This document shows, piece after piece, positions 14,001 to 29,000 of a stretch of 64,000 nt of DNA. The number at the start of each line of letters is the position of its first letter. Position 1 is the stretch's first letter. A program made the position numbers and the translations under genes. The notes below the pieces were generated by a model. The model was not told the origin of the DNA. It ran no database searches and saw nothing but the letters and a program-made list of their open reading frames with translations. The stretch comes from Squalus acanthias (taxonomy: Eukaryota): positions 112,098,001-112,162,000 of the forward strand of contig CM059431.1 of NCBI GenBank assembly GCA_030390025.1, in the 5' to 3' direction.

Positions 14001-17000
14001 TTGGCATCTGTGAATGCCAGAGGCCACAGTCAGCATGCTATTTTTGTACAGAGTATGAAGCGTTGCATTGTAGTGTATCTCAATATCAAATCCCTAATTT
14101 CTGCATTGATGTATTCTCATAGAAAATCCTGAGTGAAATTGTGCAGGCACCAAATGAAATATTAAGCTTGTGCCCAACAGCAATAGCATCTTTTTAAATC
14201 TGCCATTCCATTTTCAAAGGAGCTCCTGTTCTGGCTCAATTTTAATCAGCTATTAGTTGTCTTCAGTCGGTATCTCATTTTATTTTAATGGGACATATCA
14301 ATTTAAGACAGTTGAGTACTGGTTAGAAAGAAGTCCTAGCTGTTCACTGCCTTAACTTCTGCGTTACCATATTGTTTCTGAATGTAACCAGTATACTGGC
14401 ATGCGAACAACCAAATATTTTGCCTTAGGAGGGCGGAGCCAGATGGGGCCTTTTTTCCCCCCCTATAGTGGGCTGTCAGACGAAATGCAAACTATTTGCT
14501 AAATAAAGAACTGTACGAGTGTTGTAATCGTGAACCATATTATGTCCCTTTGCAGGCTAAGTTAATTAAGGTTTTCCAGATTGCCCTATTTTCCTTCTCC
14601 GCGCTAAATGTTCAAGCAATTGGTGGATCTCAGTCAGATTTTAACTGTGCTTGTTGCACATCCGGTAACTGTAGCCTCACGGTGTGTGTTCATGTAATTG
14701 AGATTGAGTTAAAGGGGGTGTTTTTGTCTCAGCGAGGAGTTTTCAAGTAGGTGCAGTTCCTGACAAAGCTAGGAACAGATTGTTCTAAAAACACAGGTAA
14801 AATATTGTGTGTTCGGTAGCAGGTGCCACTCTGTTATGTGCATCTTTCCCATGTGATCTGCGCTGTGATGGCATTATTGTCCTCTCTTGTAAACTTGTTT
14901 CGAAAGGCTAATTTACCAAGATGGCTCTGCGCTTTAAAGGCAATCTGAGTATGTGTGTTTTAAAAATGCATATGCCTTACAAACTAAAAACCATTTCCCA
15001 CCCCCCCACCCCCCCGCTCTGGAATACAATGGTTTATTACTGGCGAGTGCTGCTTCTCGCTCTAATTGAGCTGAAGGCACTGAAGCTTGGCAATTGCATT
15101 TGTTTCTCTAAGATATAGTGGTGTGATTTGCCCTATATTCATAACAGGGAAAAAAATTGGGATGTATGGGAGGAGCCGGAATAAAATCTCGCAAATGCAT
15201 TACTTTAACGCAATGATTATTAACATCTCAAAGACGACCGTGTATGAAATCTGTGTAAGTCGCATCGTCAGATAGGTCTTTAGGCCACGCAAACCTGGGA
15301 CTGTGGCGCTATTCACAAATACAGTCATAGATTTTCAAACTGGACCCCTGATGTAAGTCAAAAGTACAACTTTTTACCGTGGTGTGACTAATACCCTGGA
15401 TTTTGGAATAAGACCAGGCTCGGTTCTGTAGTTGGCATTTGGCCTGAAAGGTAGTCATTGTGTGACTGCTACTGTAATGTGATGATCTGTGGCTGTTTAC
15501 GGGTACATAACAAGAATTCTTTTTTAACTTTGCATTGGATGCTTCTTTTAGGAGAACCTAGATTGGCTTCATTCCTTACAAAGTAGTTCAGAGATACAGT
15601 GGATCCATCATACTCTCTTTGATATTATTGTAAACCCTTCATAAGGGAATCTCCTGCGGTAAAGGAGAGCTACAATTGGGTTTAGTGGTCCTGAACAAGG
15701 GAGGGGAAGAAATAGACAAGAATTGCTGTTCCTGATCGCGCTGTAGTGAGCCCTGTCAAAAAGTGTTTATGTGGACATTGGGTGACAAGAGAATTAGGCT
15801 TGGTTGTGAAGTCCCCCTATAGTTGAATAGCCTTCGGAAATGCACACTCTCAGTTCATGTGTGAAGATTGGCCACTTTGTTGAGGGAATGAACCCCAGTT
15901 GGTGGCATGGACTCATACCCTAGCGTGAGTTAGGAGAGGAAGGGAAAGCTCATTAACTCGGTTGTTCAGATGTTATCTGAGTAGTGCCATATGTCTTACC
16001 GGTTTATTGTATAGTTGAGTGGTCTTCCAACTCCCTTTCTGAAATCTAGTGTTCCAACCTATGTATTACTGTCAACAGTCAGTAAAATATAAACACTTCT
16101 ATTTAGTCTGTCCTTGAAAGATGTTTTTGGTAAGTGAAACATGTACTGAAAGGATTTTTTGTTTCCTTTTCCGCAGCGAGACGAGCCGCCTAAATATAAT
16201 GGAGATGTGAATGGTTCCAAAATATTCCAGGCGACCCCAAGTTTCTTCTCGAAGCCGGAAGCAGAAGGATCCAAGAGGAGCAGCGGGCTCTCGACAAAGG
16301 AGGAAGAGGGAACTATGTGGATCAATCCTTCCTTGAAAAGGGAGGAAAAGAGGTCTGCGCAGGTTAATCTTTCCTCCGAACCGGAAAATGATGTGTACAC
16401 GAGGAGCAATCTTTTATCAAAACCGGAAGATGACGACCAATCACAAGCCAGTTCTGTAATGAGTAGTAATGAGGAGGAGGAGGAGGAGGAGGAAGAAGAA
16501 GAAGAAAGGGCCCCAGCTCTTATTAAGAGCAGCTTCCCCCTTGAGTCAAAGCCTGACACTACTTTCAGCTCTGTAACAATGAATTCTTTTACAAAAGCAA
16601 CAAGCCTGCCCACAGACAAGGTTACCACAGCAGCCATGCAACAGGTATGTCTGAAAAATAGGTTACTGTGTACGTTTGAGGTCTGTCTGGTAATGTGATA
16701 GTCTCCCTTGACTGCTTGTACAAGGGCACACTTTTTTTTAAAAAAAAACCTCTTTGACTAATTAACCCCAATGTGATATCGATATGCAAAGGCTGACTTA
16801 GACAACTTAATACTAAAATGCACGACAAAACCAGTTTTTCGTAACTGCGTGTGTGCATTCATAAAGAGCCTTTTTTCCCACTGGGTGTCTGTAATGGGGA
16901 AAATAGCAGCCAGAAACTAGGTTTTGTCATTTGGGAATAGTGCTTTTTTTTTTGTAGCCTTCGAACTGTTCATCCTAGCTCACTTACAAAGAGTTCCCAG

Positions 17001-20000
17001 ACATTCCAGTCCTGCCTATGGATGTTTGTGGGTGTCGAGGAAAAAGATCAATCAGACTGATTTATTGGATTGGTTTTCCAGGAAGCATTAATGATGATGA
17101 ATGTCCAGGTGTCGGGTGTTAAATGATTTTTAATATTTTTTTTTTTAGGGACGGTACAATGACACACGAATAGTTATTAATCAGAAGCCAAACAGTGATC
17201 GCGACTTTGGATTCACGGCCATTTGGAGCACCACTGGTGCAATTGTCAAATCGATTGAACGAGGTAATTATCTTTTTTTAAATTTGTAATGTATACTTTG
17301 GTGGTATTGTCTTGGTGCTGGAATCTGTAGTATCTGGATTTCACATCTCTCATTCTGTGACTGTAGTAACAGTCACGCTGGTTTTAATTGATGACCATGA
17401 ATGATTTATGATATGCTGGTCAGAAGGTCATTCTCCCATGTAGGATTCTATGTGCGCATAGTTTTAACAAAAATAAATATCAAAGGAGACCAATCAAGTG
17501 AAATTACACCTGCATTTTGACACTCAAAGGATATCCTGCCCTAGATGCATTTATTATGGAATAAAATGTTTAATCTCTCATTGGCGTAATGATTTAGCTT
17601 GTATGTGGTTTGTTTACTTGTGACCCTTTGGATGCGATTCATTTCCATCAACTCTGTGCAGCCTTTTTTAAATAATTGTTTTGCAAAATTATTAATTGTC
17701 ACACCCTTTTACAGTTGTCTTTGCATAGGCTGCGTTCTCCCTGACACAGTCTGGGGAAGAATTCCTCTTTGAATGCTGTTTGCAATGGTGTAGCAAGATA
17801 ATTTGGGGAAGTAGAAGTGCTGGTTAATATGTCTACCGTGCTGTGTTTACTGCCTTTTTAAAAAAAAAACTTAAATAGACTGCTCTGGTTAATTGCTGAA
17901 GGTCTTTCAGTTTTGATAACTACTGTAATAAATCAAAAAACAGAAAATGAGTTGATCACCTGCAGATCATGTCTGTTCAGTGCTGCTACGCACAGAATGT
18001 GAGTAATTAAAATAGGCCAACCTGCTCGTTCTAAAGGAGGTTACTGGCAACCTCCCATATAGTACAACTGAATGGATACTTGAGCTCACAGGATCGTATC
18101 AGCCCATAAGCATCGAAATAAAGTCAGTACTCCAAATTATCCTGTGCTTGAAATCTAAAGCTATGAAGAAATTGGCCAGATGATTTTTGATGAGGTGACA
18201 GAGAGAGAGAGAAGATTTTTCTCTCTCTTTTGAATTTTGGAAAGAAAACAGATGTTTATTTTTCTCTTTGGTTGAAGTTTTTTTTATGATTAGAGGTTTA
18301 ACCTGTGTCAGGCAGATTGCATTGCCAGATATGGTTCTGAGGTGTCAGTCAGTAGCTAGTGTTGCCAAATGACTTTCTTTAGAAATTCTATTGTTCAACC
18401 GTAAATTTTTAATTATTCTACACCAATTTTTTTTCCTTTTCTAAGGTGCAGTGGAAACTCTTCTACCTTTTTATTGCAATATTTTGTTTTAAACTGCTAC
18501 ATAAAAGAACCTTAGAAGTTCGCAACCCATTGTATCTGTACTGGCTCTTTGCTATAACAATCTAAATCTAATCCTAGAACATAACATAAGAAATAAGAGC
18601 AGGAGTAGGCCCTACAGCCCCTCGAGCCTGCTCCGCCATTCAGTAAGATCATGGCTGATCTTCGACCTCAACTCCACTTTCTCGTCCGATCTCCATATCC
18701 CTTGATTCCCCCAGAGTCCTGTTGCCTTGCATGCACCCCGTAGCCCTGCATCTTTTCTCTGCTTGAAATGTTTATCCACTTTTCCCTTAAGATGTTGTGG
18801 TTTCTGACTCGATTACTGTCTGTAGCGCTAAGCATTTCATGCTCTAACAGCTTAATGTAAATAAATGTCTCCCAACATCTCTCCTCACTCTTGTGGTGAC
18901 CATTTTAAGTAGATGACTACTCATCACCACCTCTCCAACCAGAAGAAATAGTCTTTCTATATTGATCCTTTTAGATCTCTTCATAATTAAAAAGAAAAAG
19001 CTCTAGAAAATCTCCTCCTTGTAGCCCTCTTTGCTCCAGTGTAAACAGTCCCAGTATCTCAAGTCTCTCCTCATAAATATAGGTTCTCATCTCTGGTATC
19101 ATCTTGCTTGAATCTCTGGCGTAGACCCTCTGTATGACTTTCATGCCCTTTCAATAATAGGGCACCCAAAACTGCACACAGTACTCTAACCATGGCCAAA
19201 TTTTTCATTACCTCTTTAGTCTAATGCCCCTATTTGTAAAAACCCAAATGCTATTTGCATTTTTTGTGATTCTAACTACCTGAACTTGCATTTCAAACAA
19301 TTATGCATTTGAACCTTTAGATCTTTGTTTTTCCAATCCTTACAATGTCTTTTGATTGAATAAATATTCCCATTTCTAGTTTTTCCTCCTAAAATGCATC
19401 ACCTCACTTTTCTATATTAAGCTGCACCTGCCACCTGTCCATTCCACTAATCTAAGCCCTCCTGAAATCTTTTTTACAGTTTTCCTCATTGTTTGTCAAA
19501 TCCCCTGTTTTTATGCTATAGCAGGTTTCAAGATCATATTCCCTATGCCCAAGCCCACATCAGTTATGTTCACCAATATGCGCATCACCCATTAACCGTA
19601 ACGCTTTGTTTCCTGTCCGTTAACCAACTTTCTATCCATGTTACCATATTACCTCTTGTACAATATACCTGAACCCTTGAAATAGGCCTCCTTTGAGACA
19701 CTTTATTGAAGGCCTTCTGAAAATCTCTATAAACTACATCTACTGTCTTCTCTTTATCTATCTTGTCAGTCACTGCTCTACCATAGTAGGCAGAATGGCT
19801 TCCTGCTATGCTGTAAACTTCTGTGTTTCTTCCAAAAAAAAGCACTCGTGCACAACTTGACTTTCCTTTCACAAATCCATGCTGGTTGTCTTTGATTATC
19901 CCATGCATCACTAAGTGCTCACTAATTTGATCTTGAATAATGGATTCCAAGAGCACAACTGACATTAGATAACTAGTCAATAGTTACCTAGTTTACCCTT

Positions 20001-23000
20001 CATTTCCTTTTTAATCAGAGTTATTACATTGACTATCCTCCAGCCCCCAGTACAATGTTAATGTCTAAGGAGGATTGGAAAAACTGTGGCCAGAACCTTT
20101 ATTATTTCCTTCAACACTCAGCAGGCATGCCATTAGGGCCCAGAACCAATTCCTTTCCACTGCAATCTCTAAACAATTGTTGCACATCTTCCTCCAGTAA
20201 TCCTACATTCTCACTTCCCTCACCATTTGAAAAAACTGGCACAAAATATTGAATATTCTTGGCCATACCTTCCTCCTTCACAAGTAAGACTTTCCTACTT
20301 CATCCCTGAATGATCTTCCCTTTTTTAACTGCTCTTTTACTTAAAGCCCTTGCTATTTCTTTTTATATTTTCATGATGTTTATTTGCTTTCCTAATTGCA
20401 TTGGGTAATTTACCACAAGTTTAAAATTGGATATTTTTATGCCACTAATTACTGATTTGGGATGAAGTAGCTTATCAAAATAGATGGCCTATGCATGTGA
20501 CCCTAGATTGTTTGCTAAAATCTGTGTGCTGGCTTTCTTAACAATGTTTGTACCAGTTGTGGTTCACTTTGCAGCTGGAGCCAAATTAAATTACACACAT
20601 CCACTGCACTAGATATAATTAGCAGATTGACAATGCTTCAGTGCTAGACATTGGATCCCAGGGATATGATTGGGCCCTGCACACCTAACCCTTTATAACA
20701 ACAGAAAACGCTGGAAAAACTCAGCAGGCCAGGCAGAGAGAAATAGAGTTAACATTTCAGGTCGAAGACCTTTCGTCAGAACTGGAAAAAAGCAGGAAAT
20801 GAAATAGATTTTAAAGCAAGTTTAGGGCTGGGAAAAGGGGGAGGGGATGAAAGAACAAAAAGGAAGGTCAGTGATAGGATAGAAAGCAGGAGAGATTAAG
20901 AGATATTGAGAGATATTCAAGGCAAGAGGAGGTGGAAATGGGACAGGTTGAGGAACAAAGGATGGCTCTAGATGAAGTGTGAATTGCGCTGGCAGAATGA
21001 AGGACAGCTGCCAGCTTCTGGGAGGGAAGAAAAAAAGGCCAAACAAAAGTGTGGATAAAAAAATATATAAATAAATTTTTACCGGGGTTATGATCTGAAA
21101 TTGTTGAACTCTGTATTGAGTCCAGAGGGCTGTAGAGTGCCTAATTGAAAGATGAGGTGCTGTTCCTCGAGCTTACGCTGAGCTTCTGTGGAACAATGCA
21201 AGAGGCCGATGACGGTGAGGTCTGAGTGGGAATGGAGCGGTGAATTAAAGTGACAGGCCACCGGGCGCTCGGGGTCCCCCTTACGAACTGAACGGAGGTG
21301 TTCCACAAAGCCTAACCCTTTGTTAGGTTTATAAATAAATGGAAACTTTTGTGATGCCCTAAAGTAACCTTCGCTCCTCCTTTCTCCTACCTCCTGTCCA
21401 ATGTTTCCTTTTTTTTTGGGTGCGTGGTCCCTTTAAATTTCCACGCATGCACGGCTTTTCCATTTAAAAGCCGGTGAGCCGGCTGCGCGGGACCTCCAGA
21501 CCGCTGTGCGGCCGCGCAGCTTAACGGAAACATTGCTCCTGTCCCATCCTGGAGTTTTACATGGACACTTCAGGATCTGGAGACCACACACCTCACCATA
21601 TCTACTTTACAGTTTGGAAATGGTGTAATAGATAGTATGAATGCTGATTGCAATTTTATAAAGCTCCAGAACCATTTCCATTCAATTTTCTGACCCGCTG
21701 TGAAATGGCTTGATTCTTTAGCAGAAAATCTTGGTGGTTATAATATCTAATGCATTTGAATTCAAAATTGTTGTTCTCTTCTGCGAGTCGATCCACATCT
21801 TACCCCTTCCCTTCATTGGCCACCTCCTCCAGCACTACTTGCTGACTTTTGACTCTGGCCTCCTTTGCATTCCCTTTTCTCTTCGCTCCAACGTCAGTCT
21901 TGAAACCTTCAGCCACACTCTCTAGAAAGCTCGCCTTAAAACCTTCTGCTATGGTACCTCTCTTCACTCCTTCAAAATGTAACTTTTTGACTCTGCCTTC
22001 AGTCACCTCCCTTAACTCTTCTCCCATTGCCAGCTGGTGTGTGTTTTATTCCCCTCTCTACCACTTTGGGGCATTTTGTGTTAAAGTTGCGATATAAATG
22101 CAAGTTGTTGTGTTAAACTTTTCAAACTGCGAGCCAAAATAGAGCGCACAGAATTTTGGAATGTGGATAATCTTCTCCACTCCAATTTATCCCGCTCTAT
22201 TGAACTATGGATCTCCGCTTTCTCATGCAAGGAAATGCCATGGAGAAGATGGAAGAAGAAAAGTAGCAACTGTGGGGAAAGTTATTGATGCATTTGAGTG
22301 TACCAGTCAGTGACCAACCAAGAGTGGCATGGGTGGAGGCCTCAAAGCAGGTCGACTACTGTCTCTGTTGTAGTTGATGCTTGGGATGGAAAAAAAAAGA
22401 AAATCATGAGCAGGGCAAATAACAAGATGAGAAGGAAAACCAGACTGAAACAAAGACATTATGGGTGTGATGAATACTAAAGACAAACCCTCAGCAAAAA
22501 CTTTAAATATTTGTGTGAAACTTGAAGTTCGCAACACAATTCGTAATGTGGAGGTTGCTACATTTGTAACAATCTACAGACCGAAAATGAAGTCCTTCAC
22601 GTTATCTTTTGTCATAATTTGCAATGAGCACGACAGATTGAGGTCACAGCCTGACATTACCTGATCTGGTGAGATAATACGGAGGGTAATGTTTTTTAAG
22701 AGAGCCAAGTAGAAGAAAAGCCTCTTTTCAAGTTTTATGGAAGAAGTAGAGAGTGAACAACTTTTAATTTTATAAAAACTGCATCAGTCAGTATAGCTCC
22801 TATTTCTCTCTTTTTTTGTGGCCAGGTGGACCAGCAGAATATTGCCAGTTGGAAGTGGATGATGAAATACTTTCTATCAATGGCAATAATGTAGCCAGTA
22901 TGGACTATCGGGCTTGGATAGGAGCCATGGAGAATGCAAACAAAAGTGGAAACTTGAACATGGAAGTCAGAAGATATGGAAATAGCAGTAAGTCCATAAT

Positions 23001-26000
23001 TCATTTTGGTTCTTTTTACTTCTTTAGCTAACTAATGGAGATGCAACCTTTTTTTGTGCGTCCTGAATAAATAACTGAGCAAATATCCCATCAAAAACTG
23101 TTATGGCTCTACTGAGATTTGTTTTTACTGTTTCCTGTGGCAATGGTCAATGCTTAACTAATAATGAAGAGGAGAATTAACAGATATTTGTGACAGTGAC
23201 AGCAGTCACTGCCAACACACAATTTATTTTCTAGATTTGCTGAGTAATCAGGCCATAGGCCGGAATTTTCACAGGAAAAAATGGGTGGGGCAGGGTGGGG
23301 GAGGTGGAGGTGTTGGTGGGGAGTGAAAGTTGTAAAAATCTAAAACCCGACTCCAACTCTCCCACTTTCAATTTTTTACTCAGGCGGGACTGGGGGCAGG
23401 CAGCCAACCTGCTGCCAGGAGGCGGGTTGGTATTTTAAATATTATGAGGCCTGAAGCCTCTACTTTAACCTGCTTTGCCGGTTTTACTGCAGGCGGCCGG
23501 GGATCCCGAGGCAGCCGCAATGAGGCGACTCAGCCCCGGGGTCGGGGGATCGGACACGCCCCTGGGCTTGGTCCCCCCTCCCCCTCCCCCCCCCTCCCTC
23601 CTCCCCCCCTCCTCCCTCCCCCCCCCCCCCCCCCCCCCCCCTTAAACACGGCTTGGAACCCCACCATCCTGGGCCCAACACCTACCTGGTCTGTGTTCCC
23701 TGCCCGACTGGAAGCCAGCTTGTCAATCAGGCTGGCTTGTGGGCGGGGAAACCGCCCTTTACGTCGCGCGCACGCTGTGGAACTTCCGGATTTCCCGCCG
23801 TCTCACGGGTCCCCCCACCCCGTGCGGGTGGGAAACGGGAACATCCTGGCCTTAGTGTCAATATAATGCATTGAGCAGAGTGCTGTATGGAGAGCCAGTT
23901 TACTTTGTGCTACACGTATCCAAATACCATGTTCGGGTGCACCATTACTGGCTACATATGCCACCTGCCTGCCCCCAAATGAAAAAAACAACTTTTTTTA
24001 TTTAATAAAAAGGTTTTTAACTTCTTTACCCAGAGAGTGGTTAGAATGTGACACTTGCTACCACAGGGGGTGGGTGAGGCAAATAGCATAGATGCATTTA
24101 AGGGGAAGCTAGATAAGGGAGGCGGGAGAAAGGAATAAGAAGGATATGCCGATAGGATTAGATGAGTTAGTGTGGAGCATAAATACCGACACAGACCAGT
24201 TGGGCCGAATGGCCTGTTTCTGTGCTGTAAATATCCAATTTAAACAATCCATGGGACATCCAGGTGTTGTAATATGGCTGTATATAAATAAATGCTAGTA
24301 CAATTTCTTTCTTTTACCCTTTCCTTTCACACTCTCTTCTCTAGCGTGCCCTCTTGCTCTTTCTCGCGTTTGCTCTCTATCTCGCACGCACTCTCTTTCT
24401 CGCCCTCTTGTGTTGTTATTCATTATTTAAACCCACTGGAAGGTTTCCAAGGAAATCGAGGTTGTCACCATAGCAGCTGTGATCCTGTGGTAAAGTTATG
24501 TGGAAAAGTGGTTTGTGAATTCTGCTCCCCAGTCACCTGTCCCCTATTTAACTTTTAAATATGTTAGGAATTTTAAACCTAACTTGATACCAAGACAATT
24601 GCATGAAAATGAGAAGTGGTCTGTTTACCAGAGCCCTGACTAGCACACAGCGCTTTAGTTTGAACTCCTGCACGCACATTTCACTTGCCTCTGTCTTTTT
24701 GCTTCTATTTCTGTGTGCTCTGCTGACTGCATTTCAGTAGTTCTCTGTTTTTGCAGCTTGAACTACCTACGTAGCTTAGACAGGGGCGCCCTGACTGAGC
24801 TTTGGATTATTATAAAACTATCATTCTGACCAGTCTGGCTCTAAAATATTCTAGGTACAAGTGAAGCGAAATACGCTACCTTCAACAAACCCATTAGATG
24901 GGAAGAGGCCGAGAGGACCATGGTGACCAGCAGGAGCCAACCCCTCAATCAATTAACAAATGTAGGTTTTTGCAAATTTGTGTTTATATAGTTTTAGCAT
25001 GCTGAAATGGGTATTATGTATGTCTGTGAACTAGCTAATCTAGCAAATTAGTTTTTAATGCAATTGTTTTTAGATATCCGAATGTAAAATGCGTGTTCAG
25101 AATTCTGAATGTCGATGACCAGGTCACTTGAATCGGTCTTCCATGTTTTAGTGCAAGTTGCATGGCTTCTCATCTGGCCCAAGAGGATTGTTGCAACAGT
25201 TGAATACCTGGATATGGAGAGGCCCTGAGTGGAGGGAGTACAGTTGGATGCAAAAGCACCGCAGGTTGCTGTTTGTGACATTGTTGGAGGCTTTGAAGCG
25301 GGTTGCCTAGCTGCCATCCCTCTTGGCATCGTTGGTCAGTGAGACCAGAGAAATGGGAAAGAATGCAAAGTCACCTACAGCCAAAAAAAAGAGTTTGGAA
25401 GGAAACCTGCTGGATAGACGCTAATAGTTGTCCTTGACTAATTTTGTCCTTGTTCAACAATCACAAAAAAAATCAGTGTCTCTGATAAAGCATAATAACA
25501 GTAACATTACTCAACAGGATTGTATGGAGCAATAATGCTTCTTGAGCAGTAGCTTGATATACCAGCATTTTCAAAGCAGGAGGAGATTTGAGAAAATGAA
25601 CAGCAGACACAGTAGGAAATGCCATGTGCAAAACAGGTGGTGCATTCAACTTGTGTGCTGGAAGGAAAGAAAATTGTCTTGGCTGCTTCTGCTAAGATCC
25701 TGACTCATACAACTTAACCTAACTACTGGACGCAACGGGTGTGATTTTATGAATGTGTACCATTGATAGACAGCCTCACCCAATGCCACATTTATCAGGA
25801 AATTGTCGCCAGCGCACCCGCAGTTGCCCCCTCTGCATAGTTGCCATACAAAGCTCCCTGCTCATTGGATGCACTTGTAACATCAGCCCCTGTGTTTCTT
25901 TCAAAATGAGCCGTTAACGCGTTACAACTTTTTCACCCAGACTCTTTGTTTAACAACATTTGAGGCAATGAATTGAGAGAGATCTACTTTTTGGCAATTA

Positions 26001-29000
26001 ACAGGTTGGTCGATCAGAAGGAGACCAGGAGAAATTGCTGGAGGATCCAAGGCAAAAAGGTAAACTATTTAAAATATTTCAAAATGACTACTTTCTGATT
26101 GGGATAGTTTTTAATAACAGGCCCTCAAAGGAAAACTTTGCCCTCAAGGTTAGATATTTTTCTGTAGTTTTATACAACGTCTCTGGGCCACATGTGAGAG
26201 AATTACGTAGCGAGTGAAATACTGAATTTATTCAACTTGCATGAGGGAACCAGAATTACTTCAGCATGAGGTGCATCCAGCAGTCAAACCAGCTGTGTTC
26301 TTTGCCTTGGCTCAGATGGGTTTGACCGGATTTGTAAAGAATCATTTTGCTTTTAGCATAATCTGTGTGGCAAGAATCTAAGTGAAAGATTGGTAGACAA
26401 CTCCTAGTTTCCCTTCTCATTCTCCTTTTTCTCTTTCTCCCTCCACCCCCCCCCCCCCCCCCCCCAAAAATAAATAAATTTGGCCACCTTTATACTGTAA
26501 AGCAGTGCTCACCAATTTGCAAGCTAGAATGTGATTGACTTAAGAAAACTACTAGGCACTTGGTCTAAGCGTTAAACAAAGCTTTAACCAACTGTTTTTC
26601 AACATGGGGATCTAGTTGTGTCCTTCACTAGTTCCTGTTAAAGAATGTCCTGAGCAAGCTGGGCCCATGCCCGAGTATTTATACTCTCCCTGGACAGCGC
26701 CACCAGCAGGCCGCCCAGTATTATTTCATAAGTAATTTCCACATGAATGACAAGATTCATGTCAGTGATCATGAGGGATTCTGCCTGAATGGTTCTTTCA
26801 AAATGAGCGCTAAATATTGGGCCGGATATTCCGATCCCTACGCGTGTGTACACACCCGTAGGGACATCGGAAATGCCGGTTTCAGGCATTCCAAGCGCAT
26901 GCGCTGAAAACTGCCATTTCCGATCTGTCAAGACAGATCGGACGCCTGCCCTGGCGAAGGGCCTCTGCGGGCGGATAGTTCCGCTTTCTGGAGAACCTCC
27001 GCCCGCAGAAAACCCTTAGAAATCTTACGCCTGGTAAAAGCTTTAACCAGCATAAGATTTGAAAAAAGTAAAAAAAAAAATGTTTCACTCATTTTTCATT
27101 TAAAAATACTTTAAAAAAAAAGGTAAGTTTATTTTTAGCCCCATAAAAAACTTTAATTCTTTTTTCAAAAAATTAAATTTTTGTTTAAAATATTTAATTT
27201 ATTGTAATTTCAACTAATTTTAAAAATGTGTTTTAAAAATTTTATTTAATGTTTTAAAGTGTTTTTGGGGTGATCTCCATTCATATATTTGACAGGTTTA
27301 TCTGTCAAGTTTATGAAGGGAGATTTGGCTCCCCATGGCCCACATGATCCCAGGGACGCTTGCGAACTGCATGCGCCCCTGGGATACGTGGGCCCTGCGC
27401 ATTTCGAGTTGGAGAGGCCCAGGAGCGGAAGTGTCCGGACCTTGGGTAAGTGCGTAGATTTTTTCCAGCTCGTAGGCCTCCGCACGCGGGAAGCCTCCGA
27501 TCGGAAAATACGGCCCATTAAGCACCACAAATGTGATGGAACTGGAGCCACCTATAAATAATTGCTTCATTTGTGGAAGTGACTGGTAGATTCCATAAAA
27601 CTGTACATTTTGTAACCACAACATCAATTTGCCCACTCAATGTTAAACTCGTACTGCAGTACATTATAGGATTTCCTTCTTGTATATAAAACCTCCGCCG
27701 TGCAGCAATTTCATTATCTGAACTGTACTTGCACTTGTGTATAAAATAAGCTATAATTTCCTTTTATTATATGTCGACGCTGTGTGATAATGGCCCTGAA
27801 TTTGCGGTCGGAGGCTTCCTGCGGGGAAATGCCTCCGATCAGCAAGTAAAATGCCCGCCTACCTGGTGGTCCAGGAGGTACGGAGACTCGCGGTCCTGGG
27901 CCTCTTCGGGTACCCGCGGGTAGAGGCCCACGTATCCCAGGAGCACAGGCGGTTCGCCAGCCCAACCAATGAAAGAAGGGGAATCCCCATTCATGCTTAT
28001 GGGAATTCCGTATGTACGGCAACCCCATAAGTATGAATGGGAATACCCCCAAAAATACCTCTACAGTTTAAATAAATAAAAAAAAATCACATTTAAAATT
28101 AATTAAAATGGTATTTAATTAAATATTTAAAACAAAAATGTAATTGTTTTAAAGGGGCTAAAATAAACTTACCTTATTTCACAGGTTTTTAAATGTATAA
28201 ATTATTGACTTTGTTTTTGTTTGTTTTTAAAACTCTTACGCTGGTAAAAGCAGGCCTTACTAGGCGTAAGAATTTCACGGGCATTCGCTTGGCAGAAATT
28301 GGGCAAATAGCCCAACTCCGCCCGCGGATGTCCTTTTCCTGGGGATGCGGAGGATCTGTCAAGATCTGACAGCTCGCAAGTTCCGGGGTGCAGCGCATGC
28401 CTAAACTCGGAACTCGTGCGGCCCTTACGGGCGCGTGCACACCTCATATGCACCCATAGGGGCCACGAATTACGGCACATGTATCTGGATGTTGAAGAAT
28501 GAAGTCTTTAAATGCAGTTTGATTTTTGGATTATATATATAATCCATCTTGTATAGAGCCCGGTGGAGAGTTATCACTTAATGATCTAACATGCAAGTAG
28601 GGCGCCATTGTATAATCTCATGATGTAATTCAAAATTGGCCTCCATCTTAAAAACAACATTATCTTCACTTGTGATATCAATAGAAAGCTTGCCTGCTGT
28701 TTGTTTTTAGGGGTAAGATTCAACATGTGTGGTCCAAACAGATGTGTGTAAAGCATCAGCTGGGAATAATACTGGTGTGTGGGTGTGTTGGGCAAAGGCA
28801 CTTGCAGTATCTTCAAAAGCTATTCTGTCTTCAAATGATAAAATGTAGTCAAAATAGTTCTAAAAACATCAAACAAAGGGGAATTTGATATAAATGGAAT
28901 GGGCACTCGCAGCTTGTGTTCCTGTCAACACATAATTTTGAGGTCATTCCTAGATTAAATCCTGTAGAATGTAACTGTTAGTATTGTCTCTTCTCTTTGA

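Noticed and set aside
14430..14960. GC box and ATG...|gtatgt as an internal promoter/first exon
   Set aside because: Phase 1 donor does not fit the phase-0 exon at 16177; no independent support
15700..15950. Stretch resembling an old shark interspersed repeat
   Set aside because: Too degenerate to classify or delimit without a search
16059..16637. 192-aa minus-strand ORF with poly-Ser
   Set aside because: Antisense shadow of the LMO7 exon 16177..16644
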